Origin: a candidate division FCPU426 bacterium
Lineage (GTDB): Bacteria; Oederibacteriota; JAAXVQ01; JAUVAV01
Length of the DNA stretch: 64,000 nucleotides
NCBI GenBank assembly: GCA_040756875.1
Contig: JBFLYH010000002.1
Coordinates: forward strand, 510,526 to 574,525
Direction of reading: 5' to 3'
Shown here: piece by piece, positions 10,278-19,544 of the stretch
How positions within the stretch are numbered: the stretch's first letter is position 1
Layout of the letters: each line of letters starts with the position of its first letter
The notes under the pieces: generated by a model
What the model saw: only the letters and a program-made list of their open reading frames with translations
What the model was told of the DNA's origin: nothing
The model's database searches: none
Made by a program: the position numbers and the translations under genes

Positions 10278-10306
10278 ATGGTATCAAGAATCACTGGGCC
10301 AGGCAA
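10278..10306 (-). promoter_or_regulatory. Sigma70-type promoter of the cheA-cheC-ftsA-like operon
   Basis: TTGCCT-17 nt-TACCAT with extended -10 TG on the minus strand. Confidence 0.55.
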
Positions 10307-10328
10307 TCCTGATTTTTAACACCCAGCT

Positions 10329-11534
10329 TCAAACCACCCGCCCCCACACGCAAGTGAGATAGCGGCTTTCCGGCACCTGGGACTTTTCCGGATGGTCCTC
10401 GTCCGGCCCGAACACTTCCGCAGCCTGCAGGCGCCGGCCCGCCTGGCGCACTGCGGCCGACACCACGGTATGAAAGGCTTTCCGGCTCACGGCATGGGAG
10501 CAGGCGCAGCTGAGCAAAAGGCCGTTCGGCTCCAAGAGCTGGGCTGCCCGCCGGTTCAGCTCCCGGTAGCCGCGCAGGGCCGACGGCAGTTCGGCCCGGG
10601 CGTGGGCGAAAGGCGGCGGATCGAGTACCACGGCCTGAAAGCGCTCCTTGCGGGCCACGGCTTCGGGCAGCAATTTGAAGAGGTCCGCGGCCCGGGGGCG
10701 GATCCGGTCCGCGCAGCCGTTCAGTTCGGCGTTGCGGGCCAGCTGCCGCAGGACCTGGGCCGAGGCGTCCACGGCCAGCACCTCGGAAGCTCCCGCGCTG
10801 GCGGCGGAAACGGAGAATCCGCCGGTATAGGCGCAGCCGTCCAGCACCCGGCCCTGAAGCCGCGCCTGGCGCAGCCGGCGGCGCGCGGCGCGCTGGTCGA
10901 GGTAAAAACCGGTCTTGTGCCCCTGCGCCACGTCCACTTCGAACCGCAGCGGGCCCTCGTGGATTTCGCAGGCCGTGGCCATCTGCCCAGAACCGGCGGT
11001 CCACAGCCACTCGCGCCTGGGAGGCAGCCCTTCCGCCGCGCGGCCCGAACCTTCGCTGCGTTCGAAAATGCCCGCGGGTTTGAGCCGCGTGCGCAGCCAA
11101 TCCGCCACCCAGTGGCGCCGTTGTTCCGCGCCGGCGGTCAGGCATTGCACCACCGCGATCCGGCCGTAGAGGTCGCACACGAATCCCGGCAGGCCGTCGG
11201 CCTCGGACCACACCAGCCGCCAGGCGTCGCTGTCCAGCTTTAAGGCCCGGCGCCGGGAGAGCGCGCGGTCCAACTTGCGTCCGATTTCCAGCGCTTCGTC
11301 CGGTCCTTCGCTCCGGCCCCGGCCGGTTGCAGGCGTGTAGAGCAGCCGCAGCGTGATGACGGAGCGCGGGTTGGCGTAGGCGAAACCCAGCGCCTGTCCG
11401 CTGGGTCCGGCCACGGACACCAGTTCGCCCGGCGCCAGCCCGGGGTCCAGGCGCGTGATCTGGTTGTCGAACACCCAGGGATAGCCGCGGCGCAGGCGCA
11501 GCGCGGCCCGCGAGGAAACCTGAACGCTTTTCAC
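10329..11534 (-). CDS. rlmI: RlmI-like 23S rRNA m5C methyltransferase
   Basis: PUA N-terminus (GYPWVF), SEADGLPG, GHKTGFYLDQR, VVLDPPPF, CACS. Confidence 0.85.
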   Translation of the reverse strand: MKSVQVSSRAALRLRRGYPWVFDNQITRLDPGLAPGELVSVAGPSGQALGFAYANPRSVITLRLLYTPATGRGRSEGPDEALEIGRKLDRALSRRRALKLDSDAWRLVWSEADGLPGFVCDLYGRIAVVQCLTAGAEQRRHWVADWLRTRLKPAGIFERSEGSGRAAEGLPPRREWLWTAGSGQMATACEIHEGPLRFEVDVAQGHKTGFYLDQRAARRRLRQARLQGRVLDGCAYTGGFSVSAASAGASEVLAVDASAQVLRQLARNAELNGCADRIRPRAADLFKLLPEAVARKERFQAVVLDPPPFAHARAELPSALRGYRELNRRAAQLLEPNGLLLSCACSHAVSRKAFHTVVSAAVRQAGRRLQAAEVFGPDEDHPEKSQVPESRYLTCVWGRVV

Positions 11535-11535
11535 C

Positions 11536-12435
11536 TCAGGCGGCGCAGCACGCCGCCGCGATGGCGAAAAAGCGGTTGTCCAGGGAGTCGGCGCGCGAAT
11601 TTAATACCATGGGCACTTTGGCGCCGATGGCCACGCCCGCGAGCGGGCCCCCGGCCAGGAAGGTTTGCGCCTTGGAGAGGATGTTGCCGGCTTCGATATT
11701 CGGCACCAGCAGGATGTCCGCATCGCCCTGCAGCGGCCCTTCGATCTTCTTTTCGCGGCTGACCCAGGCCGAAAGGGCGTCGTCCAGGGCCAGGGGGCCG
11801 GCGACGATGGCGCCCGTGATCTTGCCCTGCGCGGCCAGGCCCACCAATTGCGCGGCCTCCACGGTGACCGGCATTTTGTCGTTCACGTATTCCACGGCTG
11901 CCAGAATCGCGGCCTTGGGTTGCGCATAACCCAGGCGCCGGACGAAATCCACGGCATTCTGCAGGATTTGCGCCTTGCGCCGCAGGTCCGGCGCGATGTT
12001 GACCGCGGAATCCGTGACGAACAGCAGCCGGCTGCAGGGCTTGCTTTCCAGGATGAACACGTGGGAGATGATCGCGTCTTCCGGCCGCAGCCCGTAGTCC
12101 TTATGCAGCAGCGCGGAAACGATGGTGCTGGTGTGCAGGTTGCCCTTCATCAGGAGCTGCGCGTCGCCGTCGGCGATCATGCGCACGGCCGCGTGGGCCG
12201 CGCTCTGCTCGTCGCGGGCGTCCACCTGCTTGCGGACCGGGAAGGTCAGCTTAAGTTCCTTGCGCAGGGCCTCGATCTTGTCCGCGTCCCCGGCCCACAC
12301 CACCTCCACGATGCCTTCCCGGACCGCGCGGTCCAGGGACTGCAGGATCTCCTTGGATTCCGGCACGGCCACCGAGATGGTCTTGCGGGGCCGCCCCCGT
12401 GTCAGGGACACCAGTTCGTCGAATGAACGCAGCAT
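11536..12435 (-). CDS. ptb: Phosphate acetyl/butyryltransferase
   Basis: LLMKGNLHTS, TDSAVNIAP, GPLALDDA, LVPNIEAGNIL, SRAD. Confidence 0.85.
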   Translation of the reverse strand: MLRSFDELVSLTRGRPRKTISVAVPESKEILQSLDRAVREGIVEVVWAGDADKIEALRKELKLTFPVRKQVDARDEQSAAHAAVRMIADGDAQLLMKGNLHTSTIVSALLHKDYGLRPEDAIISHVFILESKPCSRLLFVTDSAVNIAPDLRRKAQILQNAVDFVRRLGYAQPKAAILAAVEYVNDKMPVTVEAAQLVGLAAQGKITGAIVAGPLALDDALSAWVSREKKIEGPLQGDADILLVPNIEAGNILSKAQTFLAGGPLAGVAIGAKVPMVLNSRADSLDNRFFAIAAACCAA

Positions 12436-12439
12436 GAGA

Positions 12440-12967
12440 TTATCCTTTCCGGTTTTTACGCCAGGTCAGAATGCTCCGGGCGATTTGTTCGGGCGTGGAG
12501 TGGTCCGTGGGGCACTGCCAGTCCGCGCGGGCGTAGGCGGCCTGCCGTTCCGCCAGCAGGGTTTGAATGCGATGGCGGACCTCGTTTTCGCTGCCGGCCA
12601 GCAGCGGGCGGTCCGGGGCCAGGCCCACGCGCCGCCAAATGCAATCAGGAGAGGCGGTCAGGCACACCACGTCGCCGAGCCGGCGCAGCAGCGGCCAGTT
12701 GGCCTCGCGCAGCACGATGCCGCCGCCCGTGGCCACGACCCGGGCCGGCTGGCCGGACGCGGCCAGCCCCGTCAGCACGCGCGTTTCCCATTCGCGGAAA
12801 GCCGCTTCGCTGTCTTCGGTGAATATGCGCGTAATGGGTTTTCCGGCCTGCTGGACGATCAGGTCGTCCGTATCGACCCAGGCCAGGCGCAGGTGTTGGG
12901 CCAGAAGGCGCCCCACCTCGGTCTTGCCCGTGCCCATGAATCCCACCAACACCACACCTTTAATCAT
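12440..12967 (-). CDS. aroK: Shikimate kinase
   Basis: Start at MIKGVVLVGFMGTGKTEVG; FREWE, ATGGG, RPLL. Confidence 0.95.
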   Translation of the reverse strand: MIKGVVLVGFMGTGKTEVGRLLAQHLRLAWVDTDDLIVQQAGKPITRIFTEDSEAAFREWETRVLTGLAASGQPARVVATGGGIVLREANWPLLRRLGDVVCLTASPDCIWRRVGLAPDRPLLAGSENEVRHRIQTLLAERQAAYARADWQCPTDHSTPEQIARSILTWRKNRKG

Positions 12968-13058
12968 CGGCCTGTTTCTTTTAGCATGAAGTTCCGCGCA
13001 GCAAACTGCGCGGGGCATAGGCAAAGGGGACCGTTCCAGAGTGAACGATTGTTCTGCG

Positions 13059-14219
13059 TTACCGCCTGGCCACGGCGCGCCGGTAGGCGCGCAAATTCTC
13101 CGCCATTTCGCGGACCGAATCGCCGCCGAATTTTTCCTGGTAGGCCTTGGCCAGTTCCAGGGCCAGCACCGCTTCCCCGACCACAGCTGCGGCCGGCACG
13201 GCGCAGACATCGGAACGCTCGTAGCCCGCGGCCCGGCTTTTCTTGGTGGCGAGGTCCACCGAGGCCAGCGGTTTGCGCAGCGTGGCAATGGGCTTCATGG
13301 CCAGGCGCAGCAGCAGCGGTTCGCCGGTGGTCATGCCGCCTTCCAGGCCGCCGGCATGGTTGGTTTTGCGGCCGAAGCCGCCCCGGCGGTAGTTGATCAC
13401 GTCGTGCACCTGCGACCCGGGCCGGGCCGCGGCGGCAAATCCCTCCCCGAATTCCACGCCTTTGATCGCCGGAATGCTGGCCAGGGCACCGGCCAGGCGC
13501 GCGTCCAGGCGCCGGTCCCAGTGCACGTGGCTGCCCACACCCGGGGCCGCGCCCCAGGCCGAGACCGCGAACACGCCGCCCAGCGTATCTCCGGCGGCTG
13601 CCGCGCGGTCGATGGCCCGGCGCATGCGGCTGGCTGCGGCCGGCTGGGGGCAGCGCACGTCCGAGCGTTCGGCCCGGCGGGCCAGGCTGGCCGGCGCGCC
13701 GGACAAGTTGGCCGCGGCCTCGGACCCAATGCGTTCCACCCAGGAGCCCACGGTCACGCCCAGGGCTTTCAGCAGCGCCTTGGCCGCCGCACCGGCAGCC
13801 ACCCGCGCCGCGGTCTCGCGCGCCGAGGCGCGTTCCAAAATGTCGCGCATGTCCGTGCGCCCGTATTTCAACGCGCCCACCAGATCCGCGTGCCCCGGCC
13901 GGGGCCGGGTCAGGCGGCTGGCGCCCTTCGGCCAGGCCGCGGGTTCCACGGCCATGAGGGCCTGCCAGTTCGCCCAGTCGCGGTTCGGAATCCACAGGGC
14001 CAGCGGCGAACCCAGCGTTTCGCCCAGGCGGACGCCGGCCGTGATCTGGGCCTGGTCGCGTTCGATCTGCATGCGGCCGCCGCGGCCATACCCCTGCTGG
14101 CGCCGCGCCAGGTCCCGGCTGATGTCCCGGGCTGTCAGGGACAGGCCGGCCGGAAGACCTTCCAGCACGACGGTCAGGCCCTGGCCGTGGGATTCTCCGG
14201 CAGTTAGAAATCGCAGCAT
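13059..14219 (-). CDS. aroC: Chorismate synthase
   Basis: TAGESHG, RPGHAD, ERASARETA, MKPIATL, RSDVCAVP. Confidence 0.97.
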   Translation of the reverse strand: MLRFLTAGESHGQGLTVVLEGLPAGLSLTARDISRDLARRQQGYGRGGRMQIERDQAQITAGVRLGETLGSPLALWIPNRDWANWQALMAVEPAAWPKGASRLTRPRPGHADLVGALKYGRTDMRDILERASARETAARVAAGAAAKALLKALGVTVGSWVERIGSEAAANLSGAPASLARRAERSDVRCPQPAAASRMRRAIDRAAAAGDTLGGVFAVSAWGAAPGVGSHVHWDRRLDARLAGALASIPAIKGVEFGEGFAAAARPGSQVHDVINYRRGGFGRKTNHAGGLEGGMTTGEPLLLRLAMKPIATLRKPLASVDLATKKSRAAGYERSDVCAVPAAAVVGEAVLALELAKAYQEKFGGDSVREMAENLRAYRRAVARR

Positions 14220-14297
14220 GACAGGAGGCTCGCTTTCTGACGGGCTATGGATAACGCGGACGCCTTTCGCAGCTCAACCCCGAACATCCACCGCACG

Positions 14298-16457
14298 CTA
14301 TTCTAAAATATGCGTGGTCAGGAACACCACCAGTTCGACCTTCTTCTTGTTCACCACCGTGCTCCGGAACAGCGCGCCCAGAAGCGGAATGTCGCCGAGC
14401 AGCGGCACCTTCGATTCATCCGTGCTTTCCTCATCCCGCACCATGCCGCCGATGGCGATCGTCTCGCCGTCCTGCACCTGCATCTGCGTGGAAGCCGTGC
14501 GGGTGCTGGTGGGCGGCGGCGTGCCCGGGCCGGTCACGGTCGTGACTGTCAGGGTCATGGGCCCGAGCAGCACGTTGCGGTCCTTGGTGATCTGCGGCGT
14601 CACGGTCAGCGAAATCGGCAGCTCCAGGTAATTGACCTGCGTGCTCACCACGCCGTTGCTCACCAAACTGGTGGTATAGGGCAGGTTCTGGCTGGCGGAC
14701 AGCGTGGCGCTCTGGTTGTTCAAGGTGGCGATGCGGGGATTGGACAGGATGTTGACCTTGCCCTTGGCCTCCAGCGCGGAGAGCGTAGCGTTGAGGTTCC
14801 AACCCTGGGGCAGGGTGCCCACGGTCAGCCGCCCCACGGCATTGACTGCCCGCGGATTCGAACTGATCGAAAGTTGGGGATCGTGGCCGGCTTGATTGGT
14901 CGCATCCCAACGAATGCCCAGGTCCATCTCGTCCGTCCGGCCCACTTCCACGATGCGGGCCTCGATCATCACCTGCTCGGCCTTGGTGTCCAGGCTGCGA
15001 ATCAGGCGGGCCACAGCGTTGAGGTTGCCCGGGATGTCGGTGACCACCAGCGAATTTTCGCCGGTGTTCTCCTGCATAGTGCCCAAAGGCGACAAAGCGG
15101 GCTGCACCAGGGGGCGCAGGCGTTCAGCCTGCGTGTAATTAAGCACAAAGGCCCGGCTGACTAGGCGCCGCTCCACGTCCATGCGCCGCAGCACGGATTC
15201 CACGGCCGCCAAGTCGCTGGGGATGGCCGAGACCACCACGCGGTTGCTGTAGGCGTCCACCACCACTTTGCCCTTGGTTCCCTCGGTCAGGGACGCCTCC
15301 AGGGACTGGACCAGGTTGGCTTCGCCAGCGGCGAGATTTTTCAGCGTGAAGACCTTGGTCTCCAGGGGAAATTCCGTGGCCAGGCCGATCCGCAGCGTGT
15401 TGCCGCTCACCGCGTAAGCCAGGCGCCGGGGCTTGAGTACGAAATCCAGCACGGAACGCAGGGGCTGTTCGTTGATCGACAGGGTCACCAGGGCCTGGGG
15501 GCCCGAGAGGTTCTCCGCGGCCGGCGTGAACACCAGGTCAAACCCGGCGTCCTGCGCCAGGGCGCGCAGCACCGCGCCCACGTCCGCGGCCTGCAGGTCC
15601 ACGGACACGCGCGCGAGCAGGTTTCCCCGGCGTCCGCGGACCATGCCCGCGTCGCCGGATTCCAGTTCGAGGATCACCTGGTTCTGGTCTTGAAACACCA
15701 GGTACGGCGCCGCATCGGCCAGTTGCACGCGGATGCGGACCACGGATTCTCCGGCCGCGGCTTCCTGCCGGGCCGTCACCCGCTGCACCGGCCCCAGGGG
15801 CAGGCCGGAAACCGGGCCGGACCAGGACAAGGCCGCGCTGTGCAATGACAGCGTGAGTTGGCGGCCGGAAGGGTCCCTTTCAAGGCGATAGCGCGCCTGG
15901 CCGTCCGTGGTGATCACGAGGCGGACTTTGTCTTCCTCGGACTCGACCGCGATATCGGCCACTTGATAGGCCGCGCCGGCCGTCTCGACGCCGGCAGCCG
16001 CGGGACGCGCGGTGGGGATGGCTTCAGCCTCCGCTTCCCGGCTCCCTTCCAGACGCAAGGTAATGCCGCGGGACTGGGTCTGTCGCTGCCAACGCACTGG
16101 CTCGTTCAAATCCAGAACCACCCACACTTCGTTGCCGTGCTGGGCCGAGCGGATGCGCCGCAACGGCGGCTGGTTGACTTCGCGCAGGGAGGGGCGCCAC
16201 ACCAGCATGGTGTCCTTGAGCTTGATCAACAGGCGGTCCGGATCGCGCAAATAGGACATGGTGCTCGCGACCTGCTGGTTGGTCATCAACTTGACCACCG
16301 GCTGCCCGGCCTCGGACTGCACGGCCACCTGGGTCAGTCGCGCCAGCGGCCCGCTGGCCGCCTCTTCGGGCTCCCCGTCCTCCTGGGCCCAGGCCAGGCT
16401 GGCAGCCACGGCCAGGGGCAGGAGGAACAGACGGCCCCATTTCGCCCACTGATTCAT
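14298..16457 (-). CDS. pilQ: Type IV pilus secretin with AMIN domains
   Basis: Signal peptide, two AMIN-like domains, N-domains, QVMIEARIVEV, KVPLLGDIPLLGALFR; located at end of pilMNOP. Confidence 0.92.
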   Translation of the reverse strand: MNQWAKWGRLFLLPLAVAASLAWAQEDGEPEEAASGPLARLTQVAVQSEAGQPVVKLMTNQQVASTMSYLRDPDRLLIKLKDTMLVWRPSLREVNQPPLRRIRSAQHGNEVWVVLDLNEPVRWQRQTQSRGITLRLEGSREAEAEAIPTARPAAAGVETAGAAYQVADIAVESEEDKVRLVITTDGQARYRLERDPSGRQLTLSLHSAALSWSGPVSGLPLGPVQRVTARQEAAAGESVVRIRVQLADAAPYLVFQDQNQVILELESGDAGMVRGRRGNLLARVSVDLQAADVGAVLRALAQDAGFDLVFTPAAENLSGPQALVTLSINEQPLRSVLDFVLKPRRLAYAVSGNTLRIGLATEFPLETKVFTLKNLAAGEANLVQSLEASLTEGTKGKVVVDAYSNRVVVSAIPSDLAAVESVLRRMDVERRLVSRAFVLNYTQAERLRPLVQPALSPLGTMQENTGENSLVVTDIPGNLNAVARLIRSLDTKAEQVMIEARIVEVGRTDEMDLGIRWDATNQAGHDPQLSISSNPRAVNAVGRLTVGTLPQGWNLNATLSALEAKGKVNILSNPRIATLNNQSATLSASQNLPYTTSLVSNGVVSTQVNYLELPISLTVTPQITKDRNVLLGPMTLTVTTVTGPGTPPPTSTRTASTQMQVQDGETIAIGGMVRDEESTDESKVPLLGDIPLLGALFRSTVVNKKKVELVVFLTTHILE

Positions 16458-16507
16458 AGTCGGGTCAGGTCTCCCATTCCGCGCCGCGGCCCCGCAGGAC
16501 CCGCTAG

Positions 16508-16528
16508 CGCAAGGTGAATACGATTTGC
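16508..16528. repeat. 21-bp direct repeat, left copy (duplicated pilP 3' end)
   Basis: CGCAAGGTGAATACGATTTGC, identical to 19135-19155; followed on the minus strand by an in-frame TAG (16504-16506). Confidence 0.95.
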
Positions 16529-16547
16529 CATTTATTGTTATACTATA

Positions 16548-18062
16548 CTACTCCAGTCTTATAATCCCGCTGGATTTCATTTGATTTACGCCACTCACAT
16601 CATTGTGCAGCAGAAGAATCTTCCCTTCAGGGGAACCCTTCACAATGAAAATGGTAGGACTAAGCAGCATCATCACCATCTGCTGGCGAGTTTCATAATG
16701 GCCGCCAACCACCTTGGTTTCTCCATCGCCACTCAGGATTGAAGACCCGACCAGTTCTTTCATCCGGACCACTTGCATTGTCATCGATACAAACATCATG
16801 TAACTGTCACCTTGCTTCATCCCAACTAACGCAGTTAAGTGTTCCGGAGTTAAACCCTTCCGGTAATCCCCCCGAAATAAACCACCCATTTGAAGGGGGA
16901 ATTCGAAGTTTATTTTTTTATCAACTATTTCAGGCGTAAGTATGGGCCGTTGAGCGCTTTGGTCAATATTCAACTCGACCTTGGCCGTCCCATCAATCAT
17001 GGCATAATCATAATCGCCCCATTGAATCGAGGGCCCAGCAAAGGACAATTTATCTTCGAAAGTCTCTTTTTCCTTTCCAAACCTCGTTATCTTAAAATCT
17101 TTGAAGCGAATTTCAAAAGCTATTTTCGCCTCCCAAGCCTTGATATAATTAACACCTCGAACGATTCCCTCCCCGGGTTTTAACTCGCCAACATCTGTAG
17201 CTTCTTCCTTCTTCTCGTTGGCGACTTCCACCGAGATTTTATCTTCAGAAGCCTTCGGAATCTTAGCGGTGATTCGGTGCTGGCCGTCTTTAACAGAAGT
17301 CGAATCCCAGGAATGTTGATACTGGTCAATCAAACGGATGGATTGTTTATTAATTATCTTTTCATCAATTATACAGGTCACCACAACCTGTTGCTCCCAA
17401 GGTTTTTTATCAACAACTTTATTTACCGTGTTTACATATGCCCAAGCTTCTTTGGATGGCGCCTGTGGTTTGCCAAATCCGTTATATGCCCTCAGCAAAA
17501 CATCCTGGTCACTATGACCTTCGAGGTCATATTTAAGTTTAGTCTTTTCCCAATTTTTCCTTTTTAAGAATTCGACATACTTTTGTTTGTTTTCAAGGCA
17601 CGCCACTCCCGCTCTGATATTGTAGTCGGGATCGCTTTTTATCTTGTCCATGTCCCACTTATTAAAATCCAGGGGACTGTTTTTATCGTTAATTTGCATA
17701 ATTCCCCAGTCTGTCGATTCCAGTTCTTTTTCCTTCGTCTCTTTATTAATTGAATAATTTGGCGACCCATAGGTGCTTCCATCATCCACAAATTGAACCC
17801 ACCCCTCGCTTTCAAGCCAAGCGACTGCCTCTAGCACTTCCGACGACACAACCGTATTGATATTGCTGATTTTTTTAGCAATCTCCATATAACTTATATT
17901 GCTATCGCATCGGGTTGCTTTTATAACGGCAACAATATTTTGAATCCCAACAATTTCCTGACCATCTTGAGGCAAAGTTATTTTTATACTTAAGGCAAAA
18001 GCCCGAGGGTGAAAAGCAATTAAAGTAACAATGGCGATGAAACATATCGATTTTTTATTCAT
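16548..18062 (-). CDS. Secreted protein with SLT-type lytic transglycosylase domain inside an Ig-like (Big) domain, plus unknown C-terminal domain
   Basis: Signal peptide ending AFA; AVAWLES (catalytic Glu), DWGIMQIN, YNIRAG, RAYNG; Ig-like halves ITLPQDGQEIVG and WDSTSVKDGQHRITAK. Confidence 0.75.
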   Translation of the reverse strand: MNKKSICFIAIVTLIAFHPRAFALSIKITLPQDGQEIVGIQNIVAVIKATRCDSNISYMEIAKKISNINTVVSSEVLEAVAWLESEGWVQFVDDGSTYGSPNYSINKETKEKELESTDWGIMQINDKNSPLDFNKWDMDKIKSDPDYNIRAGVACLENKQKYVEFLKRKNWEKTKLKYDLEGHSDQDVLLRAYNGFGKPQAPSKEAWAYVNTVNKVVDKKPWEQQVVVTCIIDEKIINKQSIRLIDQYQHSWDSTSVKDGQHRITAKIPKASEDKISVEVANEKKEEATDVGELKPGEGIVRGVNYIKAWEAKIAFEIRFKDFKITRFGKEKETFEDKLSFAGPSIQWGDYDYAMIDGTAKVELNIDQSAQRPILTPEIVDKKINFEFPLQMGGLFRGDYRKGLTPEHLTALVGMKQGDSYMMFVSMTMQVVRMKELVGSSILSGDGETKVVGGHYETRQQMVMMLLSPTIFIVKGSPEGKILLLHNDVSGVNQMKSSGIIRLE

Positions 18063-19035
18063 ACATGAGGAGCGCATATGGCTCATCACCAACTTTGATT
18101 TTTGACAACACTTTAAAATCACGGCTATCGATAACCACTACCTCGTTATCTCCGGGAACCGAAATAAAGATTTTTATATTATCATTCGTCATACAAATAT
18201 CGCCGCCACTAATGTCAATTGTTTGTACAATACCCATTTGGGCAGTATCGATTTTAACAAACCTCTTTTTACAAGCAATATAAAGATACTTATCCTTTCC
18301 AAAGAACATACGTACGGCGTCCTCATGTAAAGAGATGGTTTTTTGATCTCTTTTAACCAGATCGTAAATCAACAAACGATCGTTTTTTTGAGAATCCGCA
18401 GGATAATAATATAAAATCGCATAGAGAAGATTACCGTCACCAAAAACGACATCTCGAACGAATTCATTTTTCTTCAAATTTAGAGTCAATGCCACGGCTT
18501 TTGTATCATCAGTCGTGTTTATAACAACCAAGGAACCCGTTTTTCCATAACTAAGATATTTCCCGTCAGGGGAGATATCTAAATACCCCGAGGTAATGTC
18601 ATTTTTGTCTATTACTTTTTCCGCTTTGCTGGCAACTAAATCGATAATATAAATGCCAGAATCAGCTTCCTTGCCCCAGCCAACAAGACCAAGATACATC
18701 TTTTTCCCGTCGGGCGTGATGCGTATTTTTGAAAGTCCCGGCGTTAGAAATCCATCAAACTCAATAGTTTTTTGATATGTGAAGCTGTTCTTTAAATAAA
18801 TATCTATATAGGGGGAATAAACAAAATACAAATCATCCCGAAAAACAGCCATCGCTTGCGCACCGACAACAGAGTTTGGTACAGATTCGATCACCTGATA
18901 AGAATCAACATCAATGACATTGATTGTTGCTGAAAACTTGTCTGCAACTAATAATTTTTCTTTACCACTAGCTACGTCGGGCAGAATTAGAGTAAATAAT
19001 AATCCTATGGTAAGTAAAAATTGTTTTTGCCCCAT
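18055..19035 (-). CDS. Secreted YncE/YVTN-like beta-propeller protein
   Basis: Signal peptide; repeats ITPDGKKMY, ISPDGKYLSY, VVVIDSRDFKVLSKIKVGDEP; stop overlaps next start by 8 nt. Confidence 0.75.
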   Translation of the reverse strand: MGQKQFLLTIGLLFTLILPDVASGKEKLLVADKFSATINVIDVDSYQVIESVPNSVVGAQAMAVFRDDLYFVYSPYIDIYLKNSFTYQKTIEFDGFLTPGLSKIRITPDGKKMYLGLVGWGKEADSGIYIIDLVASKAEKVIDKNDITSGYLDISPDGKYLSYGKTGSLVVINTTDDTKAVALTLNLKKNEFVRDVVFGDGNLLYAILYYYPADSQKNDRLLIYDLVKRDQKTISLHEDAVRMFFGKDKYLYIACKKRFVKIDTAQMGIVQTIDISGGDICMTNDNIKIFISVPGDNEVVVIDSRDFKVLSKIKVGDEPYALLMYE

Positions 19036-19130
19036 AACCTTTTCTCCGCTATCTGGTAAATAAAATTTACTTCCGTATAATCCCACCAAAGCCGTTATTC
19101 AATCTGCAACTACTTCTGATTATTAACTTG

Positions 19131-19544
19131 TCACCGCAAGGTGAATACGATTTGCTTGTCGTCCTGCTGCAGCACTACTTGGTTGGAATTATACACCCGG
19201 CCGGTCACGCCGGGAACCGGCTGCTGGTTCTCCTGGTACAGTTTCTCGTTCTTCAACAGGTAGCCGAAGCGCGGCCCGGTCTGCGAAACGAACAGGGCCA
19301 GGCTCCGCCGGGGATTGCTGATCACGCCGGTCAGCCGCAGGTTGGCGATCTCCACCTTACCCATGACGTTGCGCAGGCGTCCGGCCTGGGGCTGCACGAA
19401 GGGGTCGCGGCGGCCGCGGCTCTCGTAAACCGGGCGCGGCGCGCCGGCCGGATTTTCCTGCGCAGCCGCGGGCCAGGGGCACGACAGCCCCGCGGCCAGG
19501 GCCACGGCGAACCAGCGAAAGACGCTACGGTTGCGAACGCACAT
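19131..19544 (-). CDS. pilP: PilP-like pilus assembly protein
   Basis: Signal peptide, YESRGRRDPF motif, LRLTGVI; position after pilO. Confidence 0.7.
   Translation of the reverse strand: MCVRNRSVFRWFAVALAAGLSCPWPAAAQENPAGAPRPVYESRGRRDPFVQPQAGRLRNVMGKVEIANLRLTGVISNPRRSLALFVSQTGPRFGYLLKNEKLYQENQQPVPGVTGRVYNSNQVVLQQDDKQIVFTLR
19135..19155. repeat. 21-bp direct repeat, right copy (within pilP 3' end)
   Basis: CGCAAGGTGAATACGATTTGC, covering the codons for QIVFTLR on the minus strand. Confidence 0.95.

Larger units (their letters stand above)
16508..19155. mobile_element. AT-rich integrated islet in the pilP 3' end (no integrase)
   Basis: Sharp GC drop between the two exact 21-bp direct repeats; two cargo genes; interrupts pilP-pilQ. 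Confidence 0.8.

Noticed and set aside
11536-12435. ptb without adjacent butyrate kinase
   Set aside because: Orphan ptb genes are common and buk may lie elsewhere
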